Made by a program: the position numbers and the translations under genes. Positions 24,420 through 30,854 of a stretch of 33,649 nt of DNA are shown here, piece after piece. The stretch spans positions 1 to 33,649 of the forward strand of contig JANOGJ010000260.1 of the NCBI GenBank assembly GCA_031405995.1. Reading direction: 5' to 3'. Position 1 is the first letter of the stretch. Each line of letters begins with the position of its first letter. This DNA is from Acidobacteriota bacterium. Its GTDB lineage: Bacteria > Acidobacteriota > Vicinamibacteria > Vicinamibacterales > SCN-69-37. A model generated the notes under the pieces. The model saw nothing but the letters and a program-made list of their open reading frames with translations, made no database searches and was not told the DNA's origin.

Positions 24420-24425
24420 CGCGGC

Positions 24426-24680
24426 ATGGACACAAACGACCCGTACAAGCGCAGAGCCCACGCGGCTGTTTGGAAGGCATTGAAGTCTGGGGCCTTGATT
24501 CGCCCCGAGAAATGCTCGGCGTGCTGTTGGCCGTGCAAGCCTGACGGGCATCATGCCGATTATTCGAAACCGCTCGAAGTTGAATGGCTTTGCAGAATTT
24601 GCCATTGCAAGCGCAGGCCGAGCATAAAGGGTTATCACTACAAGCCATTCAAACAAAGCAAGAGAATGATTCGTACCTAG
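24426..24680 (+). CDS. HNH-like paralog (84 aa)
   Basis: DPYKRRAH...[36 protein letters not shown] aligns by eye with the 21591-21902 protein (DPYKRRAR...[25 protein letters not shown]). The last His of that motif is Arg here. Confidence 0.72.
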   Translation: [84 protein letters not shown]

Positions 24681-24766
24681 CATTTTCCCCGTGCATAACC
24701 GTTGTGCTAACGGTAGATTCCCCTTGCACAACATTCCCGCCCTACACGGGCATGAGGAGAGAGTCG

Positions 24767-25075
24767 ATGGAACAAATCAACGTTACAAGCGAAGTCTTAA
24801 GAGCCGAGGTCGTGACCCTCCGCGCGCAGCTTGCGGAAGCGGTGAAGCATTTGCGCTCGCTCGTTGAAGTGTCAGCGCTTGACGGGGCTCTGCTTGAAGC
24901 GCGGGAGCTTCGGGCCGAAAACACCGCGCTGCGGGAGGCGCTTGACGCTTGCTACGCCGCGCTCCTCGACCTATCGGACGATCCCCACAATGACGGTAAG
25001 GAATGGAACGAAGGCGGATCGGTGTATGAGGCGTGTAAGCGCGCAGGGGCCGCCCTGGCGAAGGGGGGGGAGTGA
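24767..25075 (+). CDS. Coiled-coil protein (102 aa)
   Basis: ATG 24767 is preceded by GGAGAGAG. The listed start at 24584 is an alternative-codon extension overlapping the HNH gene. Leu/Ala/Glu heptad-like sequence. Confidence 0.55.
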   Translation: MEQINVTSEVLRAEVVTLRAQLAEAVKHLRSLVEVSALDGALLEARELRAENTALREALDACYAALLDLSDDPHNDGKEWNEGGSVYEACKRAGAALAKGGE

Positions 25076-25224
25076 TGCTAGTACCAAAGGATTTCCCCGT
25101 TAAGGTGTTGACCGCGCGTACTTACGGCAAGGCGAAAGATCCCGTCACTTGTGACATGCGTAACCCTTCCAGCTTCCACCTAGCCTTATGGCGCGGAGAC
25201 GGAGTAGACCATGCGAATCAATAA
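25075..25224 (+). CDS. Possible 49-aa ORF (below the track cut-off)
   Basis: ATG overlaps the upstream TGA by 1 nt (TGATG). Translation MLVPKDFPVKVLTARTYGKAKDPVTCDMRNPSSFHLALWRGDGVDHANQ. Start/stop coupling is the only support. Confidence 0.25.
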   Translation: MLVPKDFPVKVLTARTYGKAKDPVTCDMRNPSSFHLALWRGDGVDHANQ

Positions 25225-25435
25225 AGGTTCCGACGCGCATTTGCGCCACCTATGCAATACCTACAACTACGCGACTAACCCTAGTATCGGACGAACGGAG
25301 CACGAGCATAAGCGGTGTTCGCAGCTGGCCCGCTCGTGTCGGCGGATTCTCTCCTGGTACTTCCCGCAGCGACGGTACGGTGAGGGAGAGTCCGGTCGCC
25401 TGTACCCCTTCTCTGGCGAACGTGTAACCCGTTAA
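25211..25435 (+). CDS. Possible 74-aa ORF
   Basis: ATG 25211 has GGAG 6 nt upstream. By hand count, third-position G+C is higher in this frame than in the overlapping 25188 frame. No recognisable motif. Confidence 0.3.
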   Translation: MRINKGSDAHLRHLCNTYNYATNPSIGRTEHEHKRCSQLARSCRRILSWYFPQRRYGEGESGRLYPFSGERVTR

Positions 25436-25462
25436 CCCGCCGCGATGCGGCATGAGGTTTCT

Positions 25463-25753
25463 ATGGCAGAGATCACACTAGCGACAGTCAAGAGTTTTAT
25501 TCGCAAGAATCAAGGCCGCCTGTACGTACGCACGCTTAGCGACTTTGACCCGATGACAGACGCTTGCCAACGATGCGAAGACCGATCCTTTCGGCCCGCG
25601 GAGCCCGGAGTTAACTCGAATTCTCTAGGTATTGCCGGCGCGTGGTTCGTTGGCCGGTCCCGGGACTATTTGTCCCCTATCGCGGAGGAAGGGTTCTCGG
25701 GATTCCGCGTTTACAATTCGTGCGGATCTTTTGATTTAGCTATCAGGAAGTAA
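25463..25753 (+). CDS. Hypothetical protein (96 aa)
   Basis: ATG 25463 is preceded by GAGG. MAEITLATVKSFIRKNQGRLYV...GAWFVGRSRDYLSPIAEEGFSGFRVYNSCGSFDLAIRK looks globular. Confidence 0.6.
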   Translation: MAEITLATVKSFIRKNQGRLYVRTLSDFDPMTDACQRCEDRSFRPAEPGVNSNSLGIAGAWFVGRSRDYLSPIAEEGFSGFRVYNSCGSFDLAIRK

Positions 25754-25760
25754 GCGCGAA

Positions 25761-25797
25761 ACGGGGCGTTCTGCCCCGTCCGGCAGTAAGTCTGCCG
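25761..25797 (+). terminator. Two adjacent GC-rich hairpins after the 96-aa gene (no U-tract)
   Basis: ACGGGGC-GTTCT-GCCCCGT (25761-25779) and CGGCAG-TAAGT-CTGCCG (25781-25797). A third hairpin (ACCCG..CGGGT) precedes the RBS of the next gene. Confidence 0.3.
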
Positions 25798-25845
25798 CTG
25801 ACGAGCGCAAGTAACCCGGCCCGCTTCGGGTCACGAGGTGAGCGT

Positions 25846-26196
25846 ATGGACTGGTTTGCCTATGAACCGAGTTTCCGCGAACGGATGGACGAAGCGCAGG
25901 ACGCTGCAAGGCGACGGATCGAGGACAATGCCTACATGGCGGTACGGATCGACCGCAAGCGCCGGAAGCGGACCATGAAGGTAGATCAGGCCGCTGCCCT
26001 CCTCGAGATGTCAACGGCACGGGTTAGGCTGCTCTGCCAGCAAGGCCGCCTGGTCGGGGCAATGCGAGCCGAAAAGGGTAAAGGCAGACCTTGGGTCATC
26101 CCCGAGCCCGTGACGATGACCGAGGGTTCGCGCGGACCTCAATTAAAACGAGCAGATTCCGTTACGATGCAAAGGCGACCAGATATGCCTTTCTAG
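25846..26196 (+). CDS. HTH DNA-binding protein (excisionase/MerR-type HTH_17-like), 116 aa; alternative start at Met44
   Basis: GAGGTGAGCGT-ATG RBS. MKVDQAAALLEMSTARVRLLCQQGRLVGAMRAEKGKGRPWVIP fits the HTH_17 pattern (helix-turn-helix, then ...W.IP). Confidence 0.68.
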   Translation: MDWFAYEPSFRERMDEAQDAARRRIEDNAYMAVRIDRKRRKRTMKVDQAAALLEMSTARVRLLCQQGRLVGAMRAEKGKGRPWVIPEPVTMTEGSRGPQLKRADSVTMQRRPDMPF

Positions 26197-26210
26197 GCCG
26201 AGGTTAACCA

Positions 26211-26393
26211 ATGCCCAGCATTCGCATTCCGGGCCGAATTCCGTCCGAGCTGTGGGTAGCTATCTGCGTCGCGGCCGACCGAGTCGGGCTGCATCCGATT
26301 GACTGGATTCGCCAGGCAATCGCGCGAGCCCTACGAGAGTCCGAAGCCGCGGGACGACCGAGTCAGGCGCCGAACGATCCAGATTACCGTTGA
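26211..26393 (+). CDS. Ribbon-helix-helix (CopG/Arc-like) protein, 60 aa
   Basis: IRIPGRIPSELWVAICVAADRVGLHPIDWIRQAIARAL reads as strand-helix-helix with the usual spacing. Confidence 0.55.
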   Translation: MPSIRIPGRIPSELWVAICVAADRVGLHPIDWIRQAIARALRESEAAGRPSQAPNDPDYR

Positions 26394-26398
26394 GGCGG

Positions 26399-27862
26399 TC
26401 ATTCCGCTTCTGCTGGCGCATTCTGCGTCAGCCACAACCTGACGAGCTTCCCGTGATCCTTGCCGCGCTTGACCTTGCCTTGGCTCGTCATCGTCGCCAG
26501 GGCCTTTTCGAGTCCGCGCCGACCGAACCCGGCCGTTACGGCCTGGTCGAAAACGTCCTTCCTGAGAGCTCCATCGTCACCTGAACGAGCCAGGTGAGTC
26601 CAGATCGCCATGTCGCACCCGGCTTTCGGCGCCGTTGCCTCGACCCGAGCCCACGGGTCCTCAGAATCACCACCCTTGACCCATTTCGTCGTCAGGAATC
26701 CAGGCAGAGCCTCGCCGGATCGGTTCTTTCGGCACTCGAACGTGCGCTCGTCCGTGTTCCGGTCGCCGTAGATCACCCAACCCGTGTCGGTGATGTCCAT
26801 TTTTGACCCGGCGCCGCGGATGCGGTGGGCTACCTCTTGTTTTTCGTCGTCCTTCCCCGGCTTCCGCATGTGGTCAAGGATCACGAACGCGCACCCGTAG
26901 TCGATGCAGAGAGGCATCAGGGCCTCGTCCAGAAAGGCCGACATCTCGGAGTTGTCGTTCTCCGATCGGGTGTGGAAGCGAGCCATCGAGTCGAGAATCA
27001 CCAGGACAGGCCGCTGAACATCCATCACGCGGCGAAGTGCTGCTAGGCCGCGCGGCTGATCGAGCTTGATACGATTGCGTGTCAGGTAGCGGATCGGCCG
27101 GCGTTCTGTCGGGTCAAGCCCGCGGCCCCGCACCATCCGGTAGAATCGGCTCTCGACGACGCGACTCGGGTTCTCTTCGTCGACGTAGAGCACCGGCCCG
27201 GTCTTGATGACCGGGATCATCCCCATCCAGTCGATCCCGCTCGTAACAGCCAGGACCAAGTCGTCGACAATCAGGCTCTTCCCCGTTCCCCACTCCCCGC
27301 CGAAGATGACCCGATCGTCCTCAGCGAGCCAGCCTTCCGCGATCCACGGGATCGGAGATATGGGTGTGTTGCAGGCAGCCCAAATGTCGATCTCACGCAG
27401 CGCGGGCTCGTCCTGCCGCTCCAACCGCTTCGACAGACTGACCAGCACGGCCCGGACGGCCTCAGAGCCTTCCGTCTGGGCGAGCGTGGCAGCGGCTGTC
27501 GCCCCAGTGATCGCGTCCCTGCGGGCTTCCAACTCACGCAGGACCCCAGCGTAGTGGGTGATGTTGCTGGCCGTCCAAGCGCCAGCGTGGAGCTCGGCCA
27601 GGTATTTGGCGCCACCGGCCCCTTTCAGTTGGTCCGTGTCGCACAGATGCCGATGCAACAGGATCAGGTCACAGGTCCCGTGCTTGACCAGTGTCTGGGC
27701 GATGCCGCGGAAGATGAACCGATGCCGCTCGGAATAGAAAGCCGTGACCGGGAGCGCCGCCACCTCGCCAACGCGGTGTGGCTCCAGCAATAGGGAACCG
27801 ATGACGGCACGCTCAGTGAACAGATCGTGCGGCAGAGCGTCAGGCAACGCTTGGGCTTCCAA
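26399..27862 (-). CDS. Replicative helicase: DnaB N-terminal-like domain fused to a RepA/AAA_25-type RecA-fold ATPase (487 aa)
   Basis: LPHDLFTERAVIGSLLLEP is a DnaB-N signature. Walker A is GGEWGTGKS and Walker B is VLVILDSM. The start is TTG 27862 with GGGGG 6-7 nt upstream; no in-frame ATG precedes the DnaB-N motif. Confidence 0.88.
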   Translation of the reverse strand: MEAQALPDALPHDLFTERAVIGSLLLEPHRVGEVAALPVTAFYSERHRFIFRGIAQTLVKHGTCDLILLHRHLCDTDQLKGAGGAKYLAELHAGAWTASNITHYAGVLRELEARRDAITGATAAATLAQTEGSEAVRAVLVSLSKRLERQDEPALREIDIWAACNTPISPIPWIAEGWLAEDDRVIFGGEWGTGKSLIVDDLVLAVTSGIDWMGMIPVIKTGPVLYVDEENPSRVVESRFYRMVRGRGLDPTERRPIRYLTRNRIKLDQPRGLAALRRVMDVQRPVLVILDSMARFHTRSENDNSEMSAFLDEALMPLCIDYGCAFVILDHMRKPGKDDEKQEVAHRIRGAGSKMDITDTGWVIYGDRNTDERTFECRKNRSGEALPGFLTTKWVKGGDSEDPWARVEATAPKAGCDMAIWTHLARSGDDGALRKDVFDQAVTAGFGRRGLEKALATMTSQGKVKRGKDHGKLVRLWLTQNAPAEAE

Positions 27863-27889
27863 TGTTCGACCCCCGGCGGTAGCGCGACG

Positions 27890-28039
27890 CTACAACAACT
27901 TTTTTAGTTTGGGAATGGCCTTGCGGATTCTCTTGCGATAGTCGCAGGGAGGCTTTTGTCCGTTCTCGATCCAACGTGCCAGGGCTAACGCCGTGCCGGC
28001 GGTTCGTGGAAGACGGGCCTCGACGTCTTTCTTGGTCAC
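27890..28039 (-). CDS. Possible 49-aa basic protein (below the track cut-off)
   Basis: GTG 28039 overlaps the upstream TGA (GTGA) and is preceded by GGGGGAGGG. Translation (M)TKKDVEARLPRTAGTALALARWIENGQKPPCDYRKRIRKAIPKLKKLL. Confidence 0.45.
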   Translation of the reverse strand: MTKKDVEARLPRTAGTALALARWIENGQKPPCDYRKRIRKAIPKLKKLL

Positions 28040-28344
28040 AAGCGGACCCTCCCCCGTATCGCATCAACCGTCGTCGTCAGCCCGGTTATCTGCACGATCC
28101 AGCGCAAGCTGCCAGGGCCAGTCTCGTCGGAAGCGAACCACTTGATCGCGTCGTCTCGGTCCATCGTCGCCCGGCTCTTGCTCCATTGCCACCTGTGGAC
28201 CACCGTCGCATCGCGAAATGCCTGCTCCAACACCGCGAACCACAGATTGCGCTCGCATTCACACTCGCACGACGGTCGTAGCAGCGCGTCGTCAGGGTCG
28301 CCCATGTCGAGATCGAGTGTCTCTTCAAATGCTTGGTTCGCCAT
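28036..28344 (-). CDS. Hypothetical protein (102 aa)
   Basis: ATG 28344 has GGAG 9 nt upstream. The C-terminal AIKWFASDETGPGSLRWIVQITGLTTTVDAIRGRV resembles a recurrent small phage protein pattern (W....SF.W.C..LG.D...R). Confidence 0.6.
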   Translation of the reverse strand: MANQAFEETLDLDMGDPDDALLRPSCECECERNLWFAVLEQAFRDATVVHRWQWSKSRATMDRDDAIKWFASDETGPGSLRWIVQITGLTTTVDAIRGRVRL

Positions 28345-28750
28345 TGGGCGGCTCCATGCTCTCGATGGCAACCTCGCATCGAGGGTTCCCGTACATCTTG
28401 ACAGCGTGCAGACACACGACCCTGGAATCGTCGGCCCAAATACCGGCCTGGTTGCAGCCGTCGAGCACGGCCTTGACCATGTTGTCGAGATCGGGTTTCG
28501 TCGCGGGGAGAATGACGCGCTTGGGCGCGCTTTTTGGCCTTGGCATGTAGAACAGCGCCGTCACCTTGAGCGGCCCGTCCATTGGCGGCCGGCCGCGGTG
28601 CGCCGTTGATGCAGACATGGCGACCAAGTTTTCGTAAGCCGCAGTCTTGTCGTCGGTGTAGGCCCGAACGAAGTCCCCACGCCGAGCGATTCGCGGGCGA
28701 CCTTTCCCCCGCGGTGCGCCTGGAACTGTGAACGAGACGGTGTCCCTCAC
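28325..28750 (-). CDS. rusA: RusA-family Holliday junction resolvase (141 aa)
   Basis: VSFTVPGAPRGKGRPR...YTDDKTAAYE...LKVTALFYMPRPKS...KPDLDNMVKAVLDGCNQAGIWADDSRV is the RusA signature, including the catalytic Asp cluster. GTG 28750 overlaps the upstream TGA (GTGA) behind GAGGGGGGAGAA. The listed 215-aa form is an out-of-context extension. Confidence 0.85.
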   Translation of the reverse strand: MRDTVSFTVPGAPRGKGRPRIARRGDFVRAYTDDKTAAYENLVAMSASTAHRGRPPMDGPLKVTALFYMPRPKSAPKRVILPATKPDLDNMVKAVLDGCNQAGIWADDSRVVCLHAVKMYGNPRCEVAIESMEPPNGEPSI

Positions 28751-29019
28751 TTCTCCCCCCTCGCCACCTCTTCCACCGTCACCTTGACACGCACTGGGCG
28801 CGGCATACGCCAACAGTGCGGCTCGATTCGGAGATCCTTGCGGCCCTTGATGTACCCGAAGTGCTTCTCGGCCCATTCTCGCGCCGCCTTGCGTGTTAGA
28901 AACGTCTTGAACTGGAGGGCGTCCCAAAGCATGAGGTGTCGCGACGGGTTCCTCCTTGATCGCGAATCCCACAGTACGGCCCAGCGATGGTAAGTGTGCT
29001 TAGCTTTTTGTGGTTCCAT
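28747..29019 (-). CDS. Hypothetical protein (90 aa)
   Basis: ATG 29019 is preceded by GGGGGGA. Its stop is coupled to the RusA start. Confidence 0.6.
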   Translation of the reverse strand: MEPQKAKHTYHRWAVLWDSRSRRNPSRHLMLWDALQFKTFLTRKAAREWAEKHFGYIKGRKDLRIEPHCWRMPRPVRVKVTVEEVARGEK

Positions 29020-29935
29020 CTACGTCCCCCCTAGCAACTGAGCGCGAGAGCTGCTCCGCGAGGGAGTCGCGGTCGGCTTCGGCGGCATCCGCTCGGTCTG
29101 TCGCAACTAGCGCAACACCATGCGCCTTCGCCGCGTTTGCCATTTCGTCGAGTCGATGCTTGTCGCATTCGATCCGCGCCTTCCGCTCGGCCTCGATTTG
29201 CGCTTCCATCTGCGCGACGACGTTCGCCACACCGCTGCGCGTCTCAGCCGCTTTCACTTCACCCTTTAGAAACTCGACCTCGGCGCGGAGGCGCACGATC
29301 TCGTTGTTCGCTTCGTCAAGCACCGCTTGGCCCTCAAGCGAGATCACAGGCTTCGCCTCGTACGCCGCGATGACGGCGGCGCGGGCTTTGGCTCGTCGCT
29401 GTGTGCCCTGCGCCGACGTGTCCCCGGTGTGCCAGGAACGTTCGCACATGAGCGCGTAATCCAACGCCTTCTCGAACTTCCCACTCCCCGGCGCGGGCTT
29501 GGGTGTGGCTGCGCTTCGGAATGACGCGGCGACCTCCGGGCTCAGTTGAACTACAGGCATCGCGTAGGGGTCGCCAATCGCCTCGGGGTTGAGCACCACC
29601 GATCCGGTAAGGCGCATGTGCTCATGTTGCTCCGGTGCTAATAGCCCGCCCGATGGTGGCGTGGGCGAGGGCGCGGGAACACACTCGGCGCATGGTACAG
29701 CGCCGGGAGGCGAGTGAACGCACCCACCGTCTCGCGTGGGCACGCTCGGGGCCGCAGAAGAATGCAGAACGTGGTACTCCCAATCGACACCACATTCGGG
29801 ACAGTACCCGAAGCGACTTGGCTTGAATCGACTTGGCCCCGGCTCGGTGAGGGTGAGGAGCATTTCTTCAGCCTTACCGGAGTCGCCCCACGCCTCTGAT
29901 AACCACCGCGCCGCCTCCTGCCTACTTGTGGTCAT
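29000..29935 (-). CDS. Hypothetical protein (311 aa): shared 31-aa leader, CxxC...CxxC zinc-ribbon-like segment, C-terminal coiled coil
   Basis: ATG 29935 overlaps the end of the 70-aa gene. MTTSRQEAARWLSEAWGDSGKAEEMLLTLTE, then CPEC...CAEC, then a long heptad region. The listed 371-aa form overlaps the upstream gene. Confidence 0.6.
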   Translation of the reverse strand: MTTSRQEAARWLSEAWGDSGKAEEMLLTLTEPGPSRFKPSRFGYCPECGVDWEYHVLHSSAAPSVPTRDGGCVHSPPGAVPCAECVPAPSPTPPSGGLLAPEQHEHMRLTGSVVLNPEAIGDPYAMPVVQLSPEVAASFRSAATPKPAPGSGKFEKALDYALMCERSWHTGDTSAQGTQRRAKARAAVIAAYEAKPVISLEGQAVLDEANNEIVRLRAEVEFLKGEVKAAETRSGVANVVAQMEAQIEAERKARIECDKHRLDEMANAAKAHGVALVATDRADAAEADRDSLAEQLSRSVARGDVDGTTKS

Positions 29936-29938
29936 CGC
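29842..29938. repeat. Copy 1 of a perfect 97-bp direct repeat
   Basis: Base-for-base identical to 30758-30854 by manual alignment. The flanking bases differ. Confidence 0.95.
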
Positions 29939-30134
29939 TGGACTCCTCCTGCGGCTCGATTCGTCCGAGTAGTTTGACAACATAATCGGCATGGCGCGTA
30001 GCAAACGCCTCAGCTTTGTCAATCGTTGCGTGGGTGTTAATGCCGATTTGTAACCACACAGGGAGCCACCAGCGCCACAGTTGAACCTCGTAACCGGCGT
30101 GGCCGTCGCGGACAATCCGGTAGTGGGCGCTCAT
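29922..30134 (-). CDS. Hypothetical protein (70 aa)
   Basis: ATG 30134 (ATGA overlap with the upstream stop) is preceded by GGAGGGGA. MSAHYRIVRDGHAGYEVQLWRWWLPVWLQIG... Confidence 0.55.
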   Translation of the reverse strand: MSAHYRIVRDGHAGYEVQLWRWWLPVWLQIGINTHATIDKAEAFATRHADYVVKLLGRIEPQEESSDDHK

Positions 30135-30466
30135 TTCGTCCCCTCCTTCACAATCCTGTTTGCGATGCGGGCGAGGGCTTCGCAGGCTGCCAACCATCGC
30201 TCCGTATAGAGACTTTCGCTTTCACCCGCAGCGACGACCATGTTCGGTATCACCGCGTATTCCTCGTCGGGGAACTCGTGAACAATCCACGGCCCCGCCT
30301 TCGCCACGATCTCCCGGTCGCGAGCGTCGGCTGTCTTGGCGTAGCGTGGGACGTGCTGCCTACACGTCACTCCAGTAGTTGCGCGGCGCAAACAGCGCGG
30401 CCCGAAACCATTTGCGACCCTAGCAACACATTGGTCGGCTGAGAGGCGCTTACGACTCATCGCCAT
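30131..30466 (-). CDS. Hypothetical protein (111 aa) with a C-x10-C-x10-C-x2-H motif
   Basis: ATG 30466 or 30460 overlaps the end of the upstream gene. CVARVANGFGPRCLRRATTGVTCRQH looks like a small zinc-binding motif. Confidence 0.55.
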   Translation of the reverse strand: MAMSRKRLSADQCVARVANGFGPRCLRRATTGVTCRQHVPRYAKTADARDREIVAKAGPWIVHEFPDEEYAVIPNMVVAAGESESLYTERWLAACEALARIANRIVKEGTK

Positions 30467-30851
30467 CCCCCAACGCACCGCAGGCGCGGGCCAGTTGTCG
30501 CAAGTTGCCAACGGTGTGATGACACGGGATCTCACGTTCAAGGGGCGAATCGTGCGTGTCCCCGCAGCAATCGCAATCGCGGGTCGCGTCCGATGGTGGC
30601 GTGGGGGTGTCTTGGTCGGGAGTCCCAGGAGTCGAACCTGGGCGGGGCTTTTTCGGCATCGGCGTACCGGCCACAAGCACCTCACGCTCCTCGCCAATCT
30701 GCTCACGGGTGCGACCCGCTGTCCTGCCGCTGGACTCATCTTCCCGATTCGATTCTCGCTCGGTGAGGGTGAGGAGCATTTCTTCAGCCTTACCGGAGTC
30801 GCCCCACGCCTCTGATAACCACCGCGCCGCCTCCTGCCTACTTGTGGTCAT
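30450..30851 (-). CDS. Hypothetical protein (133 aa) with the same 31-aa leader as the 29000-29935 gene; Cys/His cluster CDCCGDTH...CHH
   Basis: ATG 30851 (ATGA overlap) sits directly behind a G10 tract. The first 31 residues are identical to the paralog. Confidence 0.55.
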   Translation of the reverse strand: MTTSRQEAARWLSEAWGDSGKAEEMLLTLTERESNREDESSGRTAGRTREQIGEEREVLVAGTPMPKKPRPGSTPGTPDQDTPTPPSDATRDCDCCGDTHDSPLEREIPCHHTVGNLRQLARACGALGDGDES

Positions 30852-30854
30852 CGC
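30758..30854. repeat. Copy 2 of the perfect 97-bp direct repeat
   Basis: Identical to 29842-29938. Confidence 0.95.

Noticed and set aside
25188-25427. 79-aa plus ORF overlapping 25211-25435
   Set aside because: It has a TTG start without an RBS and lower third-position G+C than the 25211 frame by hand count. Only the 25211 frame is kept, and only at low confidence.
27863-27892. In-frame TAG between the 49-aa ORF and the helicase (possible readthrough or stop-codon recoding fusion)
   Set aside because: TAG is used as a genuine stop by several well-defined genes here (fibre adaptor, gp11-like, 1911-aa gene, cement protein). The helicase has its own GGGGG RBS plus TTG, and its DnaB-N motif begins right after that. 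The shared frame is most likely coincidental.
27840-28067. 75-aa minus ORF (MMRYGGGSACDQERRRG...)
   Set aside because: It is off-frame with respect to the coupled 49-aa ORF and overlaps the helicase start. Its composition is junk-like.
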